Shown piece after piece: positions 18,132-25,647 of a stretch of 52,316 nucleotides of DNA (positions are counted from its first letter, which is position 1; each line of letters starts with the position of its first letter). The notes beneath the pieces were generated by a model that saw only the letters and a list, made by a program, of their open reading frames with translations, was not told where the DNA came from and searched no databases. The DNA is taken from IMG/VR virus record IMGVR_UViG_3300037470_000717, positions 1 through 52,316 of that record. The stretch is one strand, 5' to 3'. This DNA comes from a virus (taxonomy: Duplodnaviria > Caudoviricetes). The translations under genes were made by a program, and so were the position numbers.

Positions 18132-18461
18132 ATGGGGAACGAGGGAAATGAGAATGAAGTAGAACGGTTTCTCGATTTTCTTGACGGAGATGGCGAAATG
18201 GCTATCAATACCAAGAATATCGGGTTTTTGATGCGTGCCGTTGAGTCGCGGCAGGCCGCGCGCCATAGGGAATTGATGGAAGTTGTTATGCCAATGAAGG
18301 GCGCAATATACGGCGAGGAAAACAAACCCGAAACTGGATTACTATCACGCGTGACAGCGGTTGAGACACTGGCAAGAGCAAACCGCACTGCTATGATGGC
18401 GGTGGGGTCTGTGGCCGCAACCCTATCGCTCGAAGCCATTAAGCGCATACTATTCCCATAA
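18132..18461 (+). CDS. Hypothetical protein with C-terminal hydrophobic helix
   Basis: AGGAGG RBS; GLLSRVTAVE followed by a hydrophobic tail. Confidence 0.65.
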   Translation: MGNEGNENEVERFLDFLDGDGEMAINTKNIGFLMRAVESRQAARHRELMEVVMPMKGAIYGEENKPETGLLSRVTAVETLARANRTAMMAVGSVAATLSLEAIKRILFP

Positions 18462-18784
18462 TGAACACTGGCGACTTTTTTTATATCGGGGGTAACCTGT
18501 TGGGGGGGGCGCTATGTTTATACTTTTTTCTCTGGGTTCTCGATTTCCGACCCAATTTGCTTAATCGCCACAAATGCCTGAAATGGGGGGCGACATTTTT
18601 ATTTATTGCACTTGTCGGAAATGTGTTCTTTGTGCCAGCAACTTCTCGTCTGTTTTGGTATCTCGATTACGGACTTTATATTCTGGCGGTAAATAGCCAC
18701 ACGAGTTACAGCCTGATAGGGTTCGTGGGGATTTTCTTGGGATTTATAGGATTACACAGTGCCTTTTTCAACGAAGCCAGATAG
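18461..18784 (+). CDS. 3-TM membrane protein (possible holin-like)
   Basis: Three hydrophobic segments; TAATG overlap. Confidence 0.55.
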   Translation: MNTGDFFYIGGNLLGGALCLYFFLWVLDFRPNLLNRHKCLKWGATFLFIALVGNVFFVPATSRLFWYLDYGLYILAVNSHTSYSLIGFVGIFLGFIGLHSAFFNEAR

Positions 18785-19625
18785 ATGCACTATATGGATG
18801 TGCGATAAAGCGCCTGTAGTTCAATTGCTGTGGGCGCGCGGTCGTGCTCTAACGTGGTTGTGTGACGAACACTTACACATGCGTTCCAAAGAAGGTGACT
18901 TGGAGCCCGTATCTGCTTGGATACTCCCCACAAGTCTGGCTTATCCGAATATTCATGAAAGTTCGTTGATGGCTGTCTGGCGCCGGGGCGAAGATGACCC
19001 GTTGCGTCTGGTCGATTATGTGAACGCCGCCCGAACCATTATTCGGCAAGCCCCAGATACGGAACCCCAAGACCCGCTGTTCATTGGTCTTTATTTTGAT
19101 GAGGCTACAAACAAGCGTCTGACCGCGTTGCAGGACACCATCCTGCAAGATGTTTGGGAAGATATTGAACGAACTCCAAGTGACCGCTTTCATATTACCC
19201 TGCTCTATATGCCACATGCGGATATGAACGTAGAGGCTGCGTTGGTTGAGGCATTCCAGAGTATGCAGCCTTCTCTCCCCACCCTTTATATGGATGGCCT
19301 GCGCGAATTCAGCACTCCGGATGCTGCGCCCCTCGTGGCTTCGATTGAATCGGAAAGTCGCCTATTGCGCATGCAGGCATTCCTGTATCGCTATGCTGCT
19401 GCTGTGAATGGGGGGACATTCAGTCCTTATAGTATTCCCATTAATTACATTCCCCATGTGACGTTGGCTTATAAATCCCCGTTCGAGGGAGGCGGCATCC
19501 AGATGAATGCCCGTGTCCAATTGACCGCTGAACGTCTTGTAGTAACGCGCAATGATTATGAGCCAGTGGCGGAAGTAGGGATTAAAGCACCCAGCGTATT
19601 GAAATCACTTTTTTCGCTTTCTTGA
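18759..19625 (+). CDS. 2H phosphoesterase (LigT/Acb1-like fold)
   Basis: Two HxT motifs, FHITLLY and PHVTLAY; start uncertain (18759 or 18798). Confidence 0.8.
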   Translation: MPFSTKPDRCTIWMCDKAPVVQLLWARGRALTWLCDEHLHMRSKEGDLEPVSAWILPTSLAYPNIHESSLMAVWRRGEDDPLRLVDYVNAARTIIRQAPDTEPQDPLFIGLYFDEATNKRLTALQDTILQDVWEDIERTPSDRFHITLLYMPHADMNVEAALVEAFQSMQPSLPTLYMDGLREFSTPDAAPLVASIESESRLLRMQAFLYRYAAAVNGGTFSPYSIPINYIPHVTLAYKSPFEGGGIQMNARVQLTAERLVVTRNDYEPVAEVGIKAPSVLKSLFSLS

Positions 19626-19650
19626 CAGTTTTAGGGCCAAGATATATACT
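19622..19650 (+). promoter_or_regulatory. Near-consensus sigma70 promoter
   Basis: TTGACA-17 nt-TATACT. Confidence 0.7.
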
Positions 19651-19656
19651 TACTTG

Positions 19657-19713
19657 TAGTACCACCCTCGCTGGTGGTAACGCCCGGTGCCTCCCTCACC
19701 GGGCGTATTATTT
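19657..19713 (+). ncRNA. Candidate ~57-nt two-hairpin sRNA with CCUCCCU loop
   Basis: Stems TACCACC/GGTGGTA and ACGCCCGGTG/CACCGGGCGT directly after a consensus promoter, then ATTATTT. Confidence 0.45.
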
Positions 19714-19760
19714 AACTCCATAGATAATCCTATAAACTTTATTGACCGTACGCTATTCGG

Positions 19761-20450
19761 GTGTATGCTTACCGTGTGGCTATTTCCTCAATTACTCGAA
19801 TTACTCGCCGTATTGTCAAGCGTGGAGGCCCCGGCTCTGGGCACTTCGACCACGAAGGTCGTCCCGGAAAACGTGGGGGGAGTTTGCCGTCTGGAGAAGC
19901 CGGTGATATTGGGAGACATCATTCTCCCGCATTGGCTGCGCAACTTCGGGAAGTGGAAATGGCTGCGAGAACTAATGAGGTCGAATCCGCAGTCACCTTT
20001 ACTCTTGATGGGGAAAAGGTCATGAGTAAACTTGGAACTCCAAGTCAAGTCGATTTTACCGATAAAGAAATAGAAAAAATGGAGGGGGTTATTCTCACGC
20101 ACAATCATCCCGATGGGCTGCCTTTTAGTGAAGACGATTATGAGTTTTTTGCTGCCCGTAAGTTGCTGGAAATGCGGGCGTCCGCAGAAGACGGAGTCTG
20201 GTATATGCGTTGGAAGGATGGGGTGCCGCCTATAAACCCCGACAGCTATCGCAATTTTGTGCTTAGCCGCAACTTCTCGGATGTTTATAAAAGGAATGTG
20301 AACGAGATGCATAGAGCGATAGCGGATGGCGATTATCAATATGTGAGCGAAGTCCTTGCCAATGACGTAGTGGTCAACCGTGTTATCGAGGAACTGGGGC
20401 GAACATGGGGACGCTATGGCTTTGAGGGAGGGTTTGAACCCTATGAGTAG
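19761..20450 (+). CDS. Tagged protein 1: JAB/MPN-like metalloprotease domain
   Basis: N-terminal KR-GGPGSGHFDHEGRPGKRGGS tag; E...ILTHNHPDGLPFSEDD (HxH-x-S-x-x-D) JAB motif; start may be GTG 19776. Confidence 0.7.
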   Translation: MYAYRVAISSITRITRRIVKRGGPGSGHFDHEGRPGKRGGSLPSGEAGDIGRHHSPALAAQLREVEMAARTNEVESAVTFTLDGEKVMSKLGTPSQVDFTDKEIEKMEGVILTHNHPDGLPFSEDDYEFFAARKLLEMRASAEDGVWYMRWKDGVPPINPDSYRNFVLSRNFSDVYKRNVNEMHRAIADGDYQYVSEVLANDVVVNRVIEELGRTWGRYGFEGGFEPYE

Positions 20451-21249
20451 TGTTTCGCTGATTGACACTTTCCCGGATTATGGTGCACATGTTCCCGATG
20501 AAGAAAATGAGGGAAGAAAGAAAGCGCCGATTCGTTCTATCACACGCCGTATCGTCAAACGCGGTGGCCCCGGCTCTGGAAACCACGGCCACAGCGGATT
20601 GTCGGGTGTCTGGGGTGGGTCAAGCCCCTCTGCTGGCTCTCCATCCAAGCCACAACCCAAGAACACCCGTGTTGGCATTACCAGCGCACGCCCGGAACGG
20701 AAGGGGGAAAGCGACATCTATGCGGATATGGCCGACTTTGCAAAGAATTTGAAATCTATCAAAACGGTTTCAGGGGTGACAGTCGAACCGGGGCAGGGGG
20801 GTTGGGAGGGTGGCAGTGAACCTACATGGGTGGTGTCCTATGACGGTAACGGGGAGGCGACTCAACTTTTGGCACGTACTGGACTGCGTTACAATCAGGA
20901 CGGTGTCCTGATATACAAACCGTGCGAAGGGGGCGATTGCTCCCCAGTTATCGATTGGGTCTTTGAGGGTGAATTGGATGCTACCGACCAAACAATAGTG
21001 GAAAGCGCTTTGGTCGACTCTGGGATTGGTGGGTGGACATGGTTTGCAAATAGTGGTAAACTGACTTTGCGTGCACTTTCCGTACCCCAATGGGGTGGGG
21101 ATGCAGATGCCCACATGCAAAGTGCGTCTAAGATGGATGAGTTCTTTTCAGCCGCACAATTTGAAAATACACGTGTGGAAAATATGGTGTCGGTAACTGT
21201 GATGACCCGTGAAGGCGAATTCGCATACGACACCTATTTGGAGGATTAA
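20443..21249 (+). CDS. Tagged protein 2: unknown domain
   Basis: GGAGGG RBS; KR-GGPGSGNHGHSGLSGVWGGS tag followed by a ~200-aa globular region. Confidence 0.7.
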   Translation: MSSVSLIDTFPDYGAHVPDEENEGRKKAPIRSITRRIVKRGGPGSGNHGHSGLSGVWGGSSPSAGSPSKPQPKNTRVGITSARPERKGESDIYADMADFAKNLKSIKTVSGVTVEPGQGGWEGGSEPTWVVSYDGNGEATQLLARTGLRYNQDGVLIYKPCEGGDCSPVIDWVFEGELDATDQTIVESALVDSGIGGWTWFANSGKLTLRALSVPQWGGDADAHMQSASKMDEFFSAAQFENTRVENMVSVTVMTREGEFAYDTYLED

Positions 21250-21250
21250 C

Positions 21251-21442
21251 ATGGCTCTGTCAAACGTATTGAAAAAGTTGGCTTGGAAGGCAGTTGCGGC
21301 TCGGAGAAACCGCGACCCCAAAAAGGCTCGTAAAGAACACGATGCTTTTGTGGCTTCGCTGCCGGAACTGCCCGCTATTCCCCAAGAAGGGGATGAGACG
21401 GTGGCTATGGTGATTTCTAAGAGAAACGACCAGAAACAATAA
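21251..21442 (+). CDS. Small basic hypothetical protein
   Basis: GGAGG RBS; 63 aa. Confidence 0.6.
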   Translation: MALSNVLKKLAWKAVAARRNRDPKKARKEHDAFVASLPELPAIPQEGDETVAMVISKRNDQKQ

Positions 21443-21488
21443 TCTCGATTAGAAGCGCGTCACGCGCATAAACCGGCCATAGGCCGGC

Positions 21489-21519
21489 GACCCCGGATAA
21501 CCTCCGGGGTCATTGATTT
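21489..21519 (+). terminator. Hairpin, probable terminator
   Basis: GACCCCGGA/TCCGGGGTC stem with a T-rich tail; small CCGGCC/GGCCGG hairpin upstream. Confidence 0.5.
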
Positions 21520-21573
21520 AATGGTTGATTAGGTCTGGCACGGCGTAACTGAATGTTGTAGGATATAAGCGAT

Positions 21574-22185
21574 ATGTCTCCCCCTGTTCTTATTACGAAT
21601 GATATCGAGGTTGTGCGCGGTGGCCCCGGCTCCGGGCATTTTGGGCATGCAGGACGTCCGGGCAAGAAAGGTGGTAGTGCGCCAAGTGGTAGAGTGGGGG
21701 GAGGGTTGCGTGCCCCGGAGGATTTTCAACCCATAGACGGCACCCACATGTCAGAAGCAATCGATGTGCTGGTAGCAGGCGAGAACGATTTCAATAAGTA
21801 TGTTGACCAGTATGCCGCCTTGGAATACGCGGCTAAACAACAAATTGAACCCACATTAGACCGTGTTGAGGCCGTTTCCGCAGAGGTAGCCAAGTCGTAC
21901 CAAGCCATGTGGGAAAACGACCAGATGGGATTTGCCACGCTCTTATTGGATAGCGGTGCTTTTGATACACAACTAAAAGCAGACGAAATAGTCGAGTTCC
22001 TTGAATGTATACCTAAAAAATTACATCCAATCATCTTCCAGTACATAGCGAACTACACTACATTCGTTGAACTGTATGGCGATGAGCACTGGTCTTGGGA
22101 CTACTACCAGAATACGAAACTTGGAAAGAGGGTGCTGTCAGGTTGCAACTCTTGGGGGCATCAGGACGCCGGGATGACGAACTAA
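21574..22185 (+). CDS. Tagged protein 3, N-terminal part (possibly frameshifted from the ART ORF)
   Basis: VR-GGPGSGHFGHAGRPGKKGGS tag; overlaps the next ORF by ~90 nt. Confidence 0.65.
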   Translation: MSPPVLITNDIEVVRGGPGSGHFGHAGRPGKKGGSAPSGRVGGGLRAPEDFQPIDGTHMSEAIDVLVAGENDFNKYVDQYAALEYAAKQQIEPTLDRVEAVSAEVAKSYQAMWENDQMGFATLLLDSGAFDTQLKADEIVEFLECIPKKLHPIIFQYIANYTTFVELYGDEHWSWDYYQNTKLGKRVLSGCNSWGHQDAGMTN

Positions 22186-23105
22186 TTCGTGACACGATTC
22201 GGGTGAGTAGTAAGGACTATGCTGCCGAGCTAGTTGATACTGCATATTTCCCCGACGAATTAGACATCACGATATTTGCAACTGGAACCCTGAAAGACGC
22301 GATTGCTAATGACCTCTCCGAAAATGCCGGAATTTCCTATGCGGAGGCAGACACCATTTTGAGCGATTGGGCTACTACGTCGAATAAGACCGAAGCCTCT
22401 CAAAAGTTACAATTAGCGGCCTCCGAATATTTCGGCACAGACCTGTCGGATTGGCAGAAATCGGTTTTCCCTGACCAGCGACCCTACAAAGATTTGTCCG
22501 AATCTTTTCCAGTCATCGATGCCGTTTATCAACGTACCCAAGACCGGTTTCGGGAACTTGGCTATTCGCCTGATGACTATGTCACTCTCTATCGGGGTAT
22601 CAAGGACTTGGATATTCCAATAAGTGGGGTTTATCGTTATCAGGGCAATGTGCTCGAATCATGGTCGGTCAGCCCACGGGAAGCCAAGTTCTTTGGGGAC
22701 AAGGTTCTAATTGCCGAAATCCCTGTATCGAGCATATGGTCTACATCCCGGACTGGCCCCGGTTCGTTCCGGGAAGGCGAGTTCATTATTATTAACAGTG
22801 GAGAGGGCGAGGTTTTTGCAGAGGTGCATTGGGAAAAGTTCAGGGCGAAAAGAAAGAAACGGATTGAGAACAATTCCCACGAAGATGCCGACTGGATAAA
22901 GAGTGTCACTGCCCAGCGCGAGGGCGGTGATACGCTCGTTGTGGACGTGCTTGAATCGTCTGACCCCAAATCTCCACATGTCTCACGGGCGAGTTTTAAT
23001 CAGTTGCTTAACGGAGCAGAATGGGTTTATGATATACACGGCAATGAGGTAGCCCCGGAGGATGGGCCGTTCCGGGTTGTGGAAAAGGAAAGTCATGCAG
23101 AATAA
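22095..23105 (+). CDS. ADP-ribosyltransferase-like protein (R-S-E class)
   Basis: TLYRGI, LESWSVS and FREGEFII motifs; no convincing independent start. Confidence 0.65.
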   Translation: MGLLPEYETWKEGAVRLQLLGASGRRDDELIRDTIRVSSKDYAAELVDTAYFPDELDITIFATGTLKDAIANDLSENAGISYAEADTILSDWATTSNKTEASQKLQLAASEYFGTDLSDWQKSVFPDQRPYKDLSESFPVIDAVYQRTQDRFRELGYSPDDYVTLYRGIKDLDIPISGVYRYQGNVLESWSVSPREAKFFGDKVLIAEIPVSSIWSTSRTGPGSFREGEFIIINSGEGEVFAEVHWEKFRAKRKKRIENNSHEDADWIKSVTAQREGGDTLVVDVLESSDPKSPHVSRASFNQLLNGAEWVYDIHGNEVAPEDGPFRVVEKESHAE

Positions 23106-23136
23106 TGTAGTTGGTTTCCGGATAAACATTTAGTAC

Positions 23137-24705
23137 ATGCCAAAAAACTTTTACGACTGGGAAACGCTCGATGCCCAAATCGCACATATCATTGAGAGCG
23201 AACCCGGCATTACCATGTCCGCCCTTGCACGCCGTATTAGCGTTAACCGCTCACCTCTAAAAGACCATTTACGTAACGAGTATGATGTAAGCGCCAAAAC
23301 CTTAAAGTCGTTCCCAGAAAAGTACAAATATAAAATTCAGCAAGTGCAAGTAGTTGAAGATTTCCCCGGCGATGAAGAATCAACCATCGACGACGAACCC
23401 CAAGATGAAGAAGAAACCAATACGCGTGTAATCAGTTTTAAGGGTTGGGGCGACCGAATTGCCACCCTTGACGACCTGATAAAAGCCTGTAAGGTTGACC
23501 TGAATATTTGGGCCGTAGAGCGGCATATCATCAATAAATGGGAGGTTGGTCGCGCAGAAAAATCGAAGAACATCATTTATACAGCCGATGGGAAAAAGGG
23601 TTTTGATAAAGATACGGGCAAGGTATTTGTTGAACCTCTGATACAGGTCAAAGCGTGGCTAGTCCGTAAAGAGCCGGTTGCGGTGCATCCCGTTCTTCAT
23701 ATGCTGGAAGCGGCCACGCTGACCCCAATACCCACCAAACCGGTCAGGGGACGCCCACTTCGCGTGTTGTTTATCCCCGATACCCATGTAGGTTTCGCGC
23801 GTAATATTCATGGCACGGGGCGGTTATTGCCAATGCACGACCGGCGCGTTCTGGATATTGCTGTCCAGTACGCTGATATTCACAAGCCGGATATCATCGT
23901 TTTTTTGGGCGATTTCATGGATATGGCGGAATGGTCAACGCGCTGGGCGACCGACCCGGAGTTCGTCTGGACGACACAGCCCTCGATTGTCGAGGGGCAC
24001 TGGTGGTTAACGCAGTTGAGGCACGCGGCTCCAGAAGCGCAGATGTATATTCTGGAAGGCAATCACGACCGCTACAAGCAGGCTATCACGGCCCATTTGA
24101 GCGCAGCCTATGAATTGACCGGGATGAATGCAGCCGGCGCTCTAGCAAACCACCCCCTTCTCTCCATGCAGAACATTTTCCAATTGGACGCGCTGGGTGT
24201 CCAATTCATCGAGGGTTATGAGCAAGGTGTCGCAGAACTTTGGCTGGCAGATAATTTCCTTGCCACCCATGGACGTCACTCCAGTTCAACGCCGGGTGCC
24301 AGTGTTAAAAAAATGTCCGATATATTCCCGTTTACCGTGGTTATGGGGCATATCCACCGGCGCGAAATGGTTAGCCGTAAACAGAAAGTGCGACACGGGT
24401 GGGTGATACATACAGCGATATGCCCCGGCACCGCCTGCCATGTTGATGGGCGGCTACCGGGCAGTGACGATTATCAACAATGGCAGCAGGGGCTTTTGGT
24501 TTCAACCTTCTCTCCCGACGATTTACAGGTTGAGCCGCAGTTGATGCAGATAGCGATACATGAGGGTCGCGCAATGGTCGATGGGGATTTATATGTAGCG
24601 CGTGACTTGGAGCAAGAACTGGATGATATGCTCTCCGATAAGATGGCACAAATAAAAACGCGCCACCAGAGAATGGCAGCGCGTGAGAATCAGGCACACT
24701 TGTAA
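23137..24705 (+). CDS. Calcineurin-like metallophosphoesterase with N-terminal HTH
   Basis: IPDTHVG, LGDFMD, EGNHD, THG, GHIHR; N-terminal PGITMSALARRI HTH-like segment. Confidence 0.85.
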   Translation: MPKNFYDWETLDAQIAHIIESEPGITMSALARRISVNRSPLKDHLRNEYDVSAKTLKSFPEKYKYKIQQVQVVEDFPGDEESTIDDEPQDEEETNTRVISFKGWGDRIATLDDLIKACKVDLNIWAVERHIINKWEVGRAEKSKNIIYTADGKKGFDKDTGKVFVEPLIQVKAWLVRKEPVAVHPVLHMLEAATLTPIPTKPVRGRPLRVLFIPDTHVGFARNIHGTGRLLPMHDRRVLDIAVQYADIHKPDIIVFLGDFMDMAEWSTRWATDPEFVWTTQPSIVEGHWWLTQLRHAAPEAQMYILEGNHDRYKQAITAHLSAAYELTGMNAAGALANHPLLSMQNIFQLDALGVQFIEGYEQGVAELWLADNFLATHGRHSSSTPGASVKKMSDIFPFTVVMGHIHRREMVSRKQKVRHGWVIHTAICPGTACHVDGRLPGSDDYQQWQQGLLVSTFSPDDLQVEPQLMQIAIHEGRAMVDGDLYVARDLEQELDDMLSDKMAQIKTRHQRMAARENQAHL

Positions 24706-24719
24706 CTATTCTTTGCTTG

Positions 24720-24977
24720 CTAATGCAAAAGACCAAAATCGTCAATCACACTAGCCAGCCCGTCAAGGTCTTCTCCCAACATATCTAACCCAACTGCCAT
24801 TAAATCAGATTCAATCCTCCGATTCTCTGGGTCAGGCATGAATTCAGGGTTGCCCCAGTCGCAGGATTCACACCCGTCACCAAATAAAAACCTTTCACGG
24901 TCAGTCTTGCTCATATCCTGCTGGACGTACTCCACGTTCCAAGGCTCACCACATTGCTGACAGTAAAGTTCTAACAT
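24720..24977 (-). CDS. Small Zn-binding hypothetical protein
   Basis: GGAGGT RBS; CQQC and CESC. Confidence 0.7.
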   Translation of the reverse strand: MLELYCQQCGEPWNVEYVQQDMSKTDRERFLFGDGCESCDWGNPEFMPDPENRRIESDLMAVGLDMLGEDLDGLASVIDDFGLLH

Positions 24978-25018
24978 ATCGACCTCCAGTCTTTGTTGAT
25001 ATTTACCAGTCACTATAA

Positions 25019-25168
25019 TCAGTTAAAGAAAACACCATGCTTGCTGATGTTCAGAAGAAATATCGGGTTGAAGTGTTTTCCGTGAAAGCCGATATGAACT
25101 CCCTTGTGGTAACAACTTGCCCCCAAAACAAGGGTGTAACCTAGCAGCTTAATTTTTCTGTCCTTCAT
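25019..25168 (-). CDS. 49-aa hypothetical protein MKDRKIKLLGYTLVLGASCYHKG... (not in ORF track)
   Basis: GGAGGT RBS; hand-translated; fills the gap between two minus-strand genes. Confidence 0.6.
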   Translation of the reverse strand: MKDRKIKLLGYTLVLGASCYHKGVHIGFHGKHFNPIFLLNISKHGVFFN

Positions 25169-25189
25169 CTTGACCTCCATGTCCACGGT

Positions 25190-25375
25190 TTAGTGGTATT
25201 TACTCGCCGGAACAAAAGCGCCCCGTCTGGTAGCACCGTAGGGGACTAGGTTATGAAACTCAAAATGGTATTTCTCCGCATCAGTAAAAATCATCCACTC
25301 ATCTTTCTTACGGGTAAAAACACCATTTGACTTCATCCCCATACCTCTGAAAATGTAATAGTAGTTTTCCTCCAT
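25190..25375 (-). CDS. 61-aa hypothetical protein MEENYYYIFRG...
   Basis: GGAGGT RBS directly after the island promoter. Confidence 0.65.
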   Translation of the reverse strand: MEENYYYIFRGMGMKSNGVFTRKKDEWMIFTDAEKYHFEFHNLVPYGATRRGAFVPASKYH

Positions 25376-25380
25376 CTCGA

Positions 25381-25437
25381 CCTCCAGTCTTTGTTTGTCC
25401 GACATCCCTATTATACCATGAATTGCAATAACGTCAA
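25381..25437 (-). promoter_or_regulatory. Island promoter and leader, copy 1
   Basis: Minus strand TTGACG-16-TATAAT (TG-extended), ATTGCAAT palindrome in the spacer, leader GATGTCGGACAAAC..CTGGAGG; near-identical to 31640-31694. Confidence 0.75.
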
Positions 25438-25647
25438 ACGATTCACATACCACTTTCTATGGTGGTTTAAATGAGCCCGGCCCGTTGGATTGCGGGCCGG
25501 GTGGCGCTCTCATGAGGGCATCGACAGCCTACTGCCGGGATTGTAGCCCTCGAATATCTGTATTTTACCAAAAAATCCCGAAACTCAATTGTATAACATG
25601 GTTATTTTTTAGTGCCCTTTTTCCTGTCTCCCCATTATTATGGCAGC

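Noticed and set aside
22138-22175. SGCNSWGHQDAG as a fifth copy of the tag
   Set aside because: Spacing does not fit, it is C-terminal, and it lies in a probably off-frame tail
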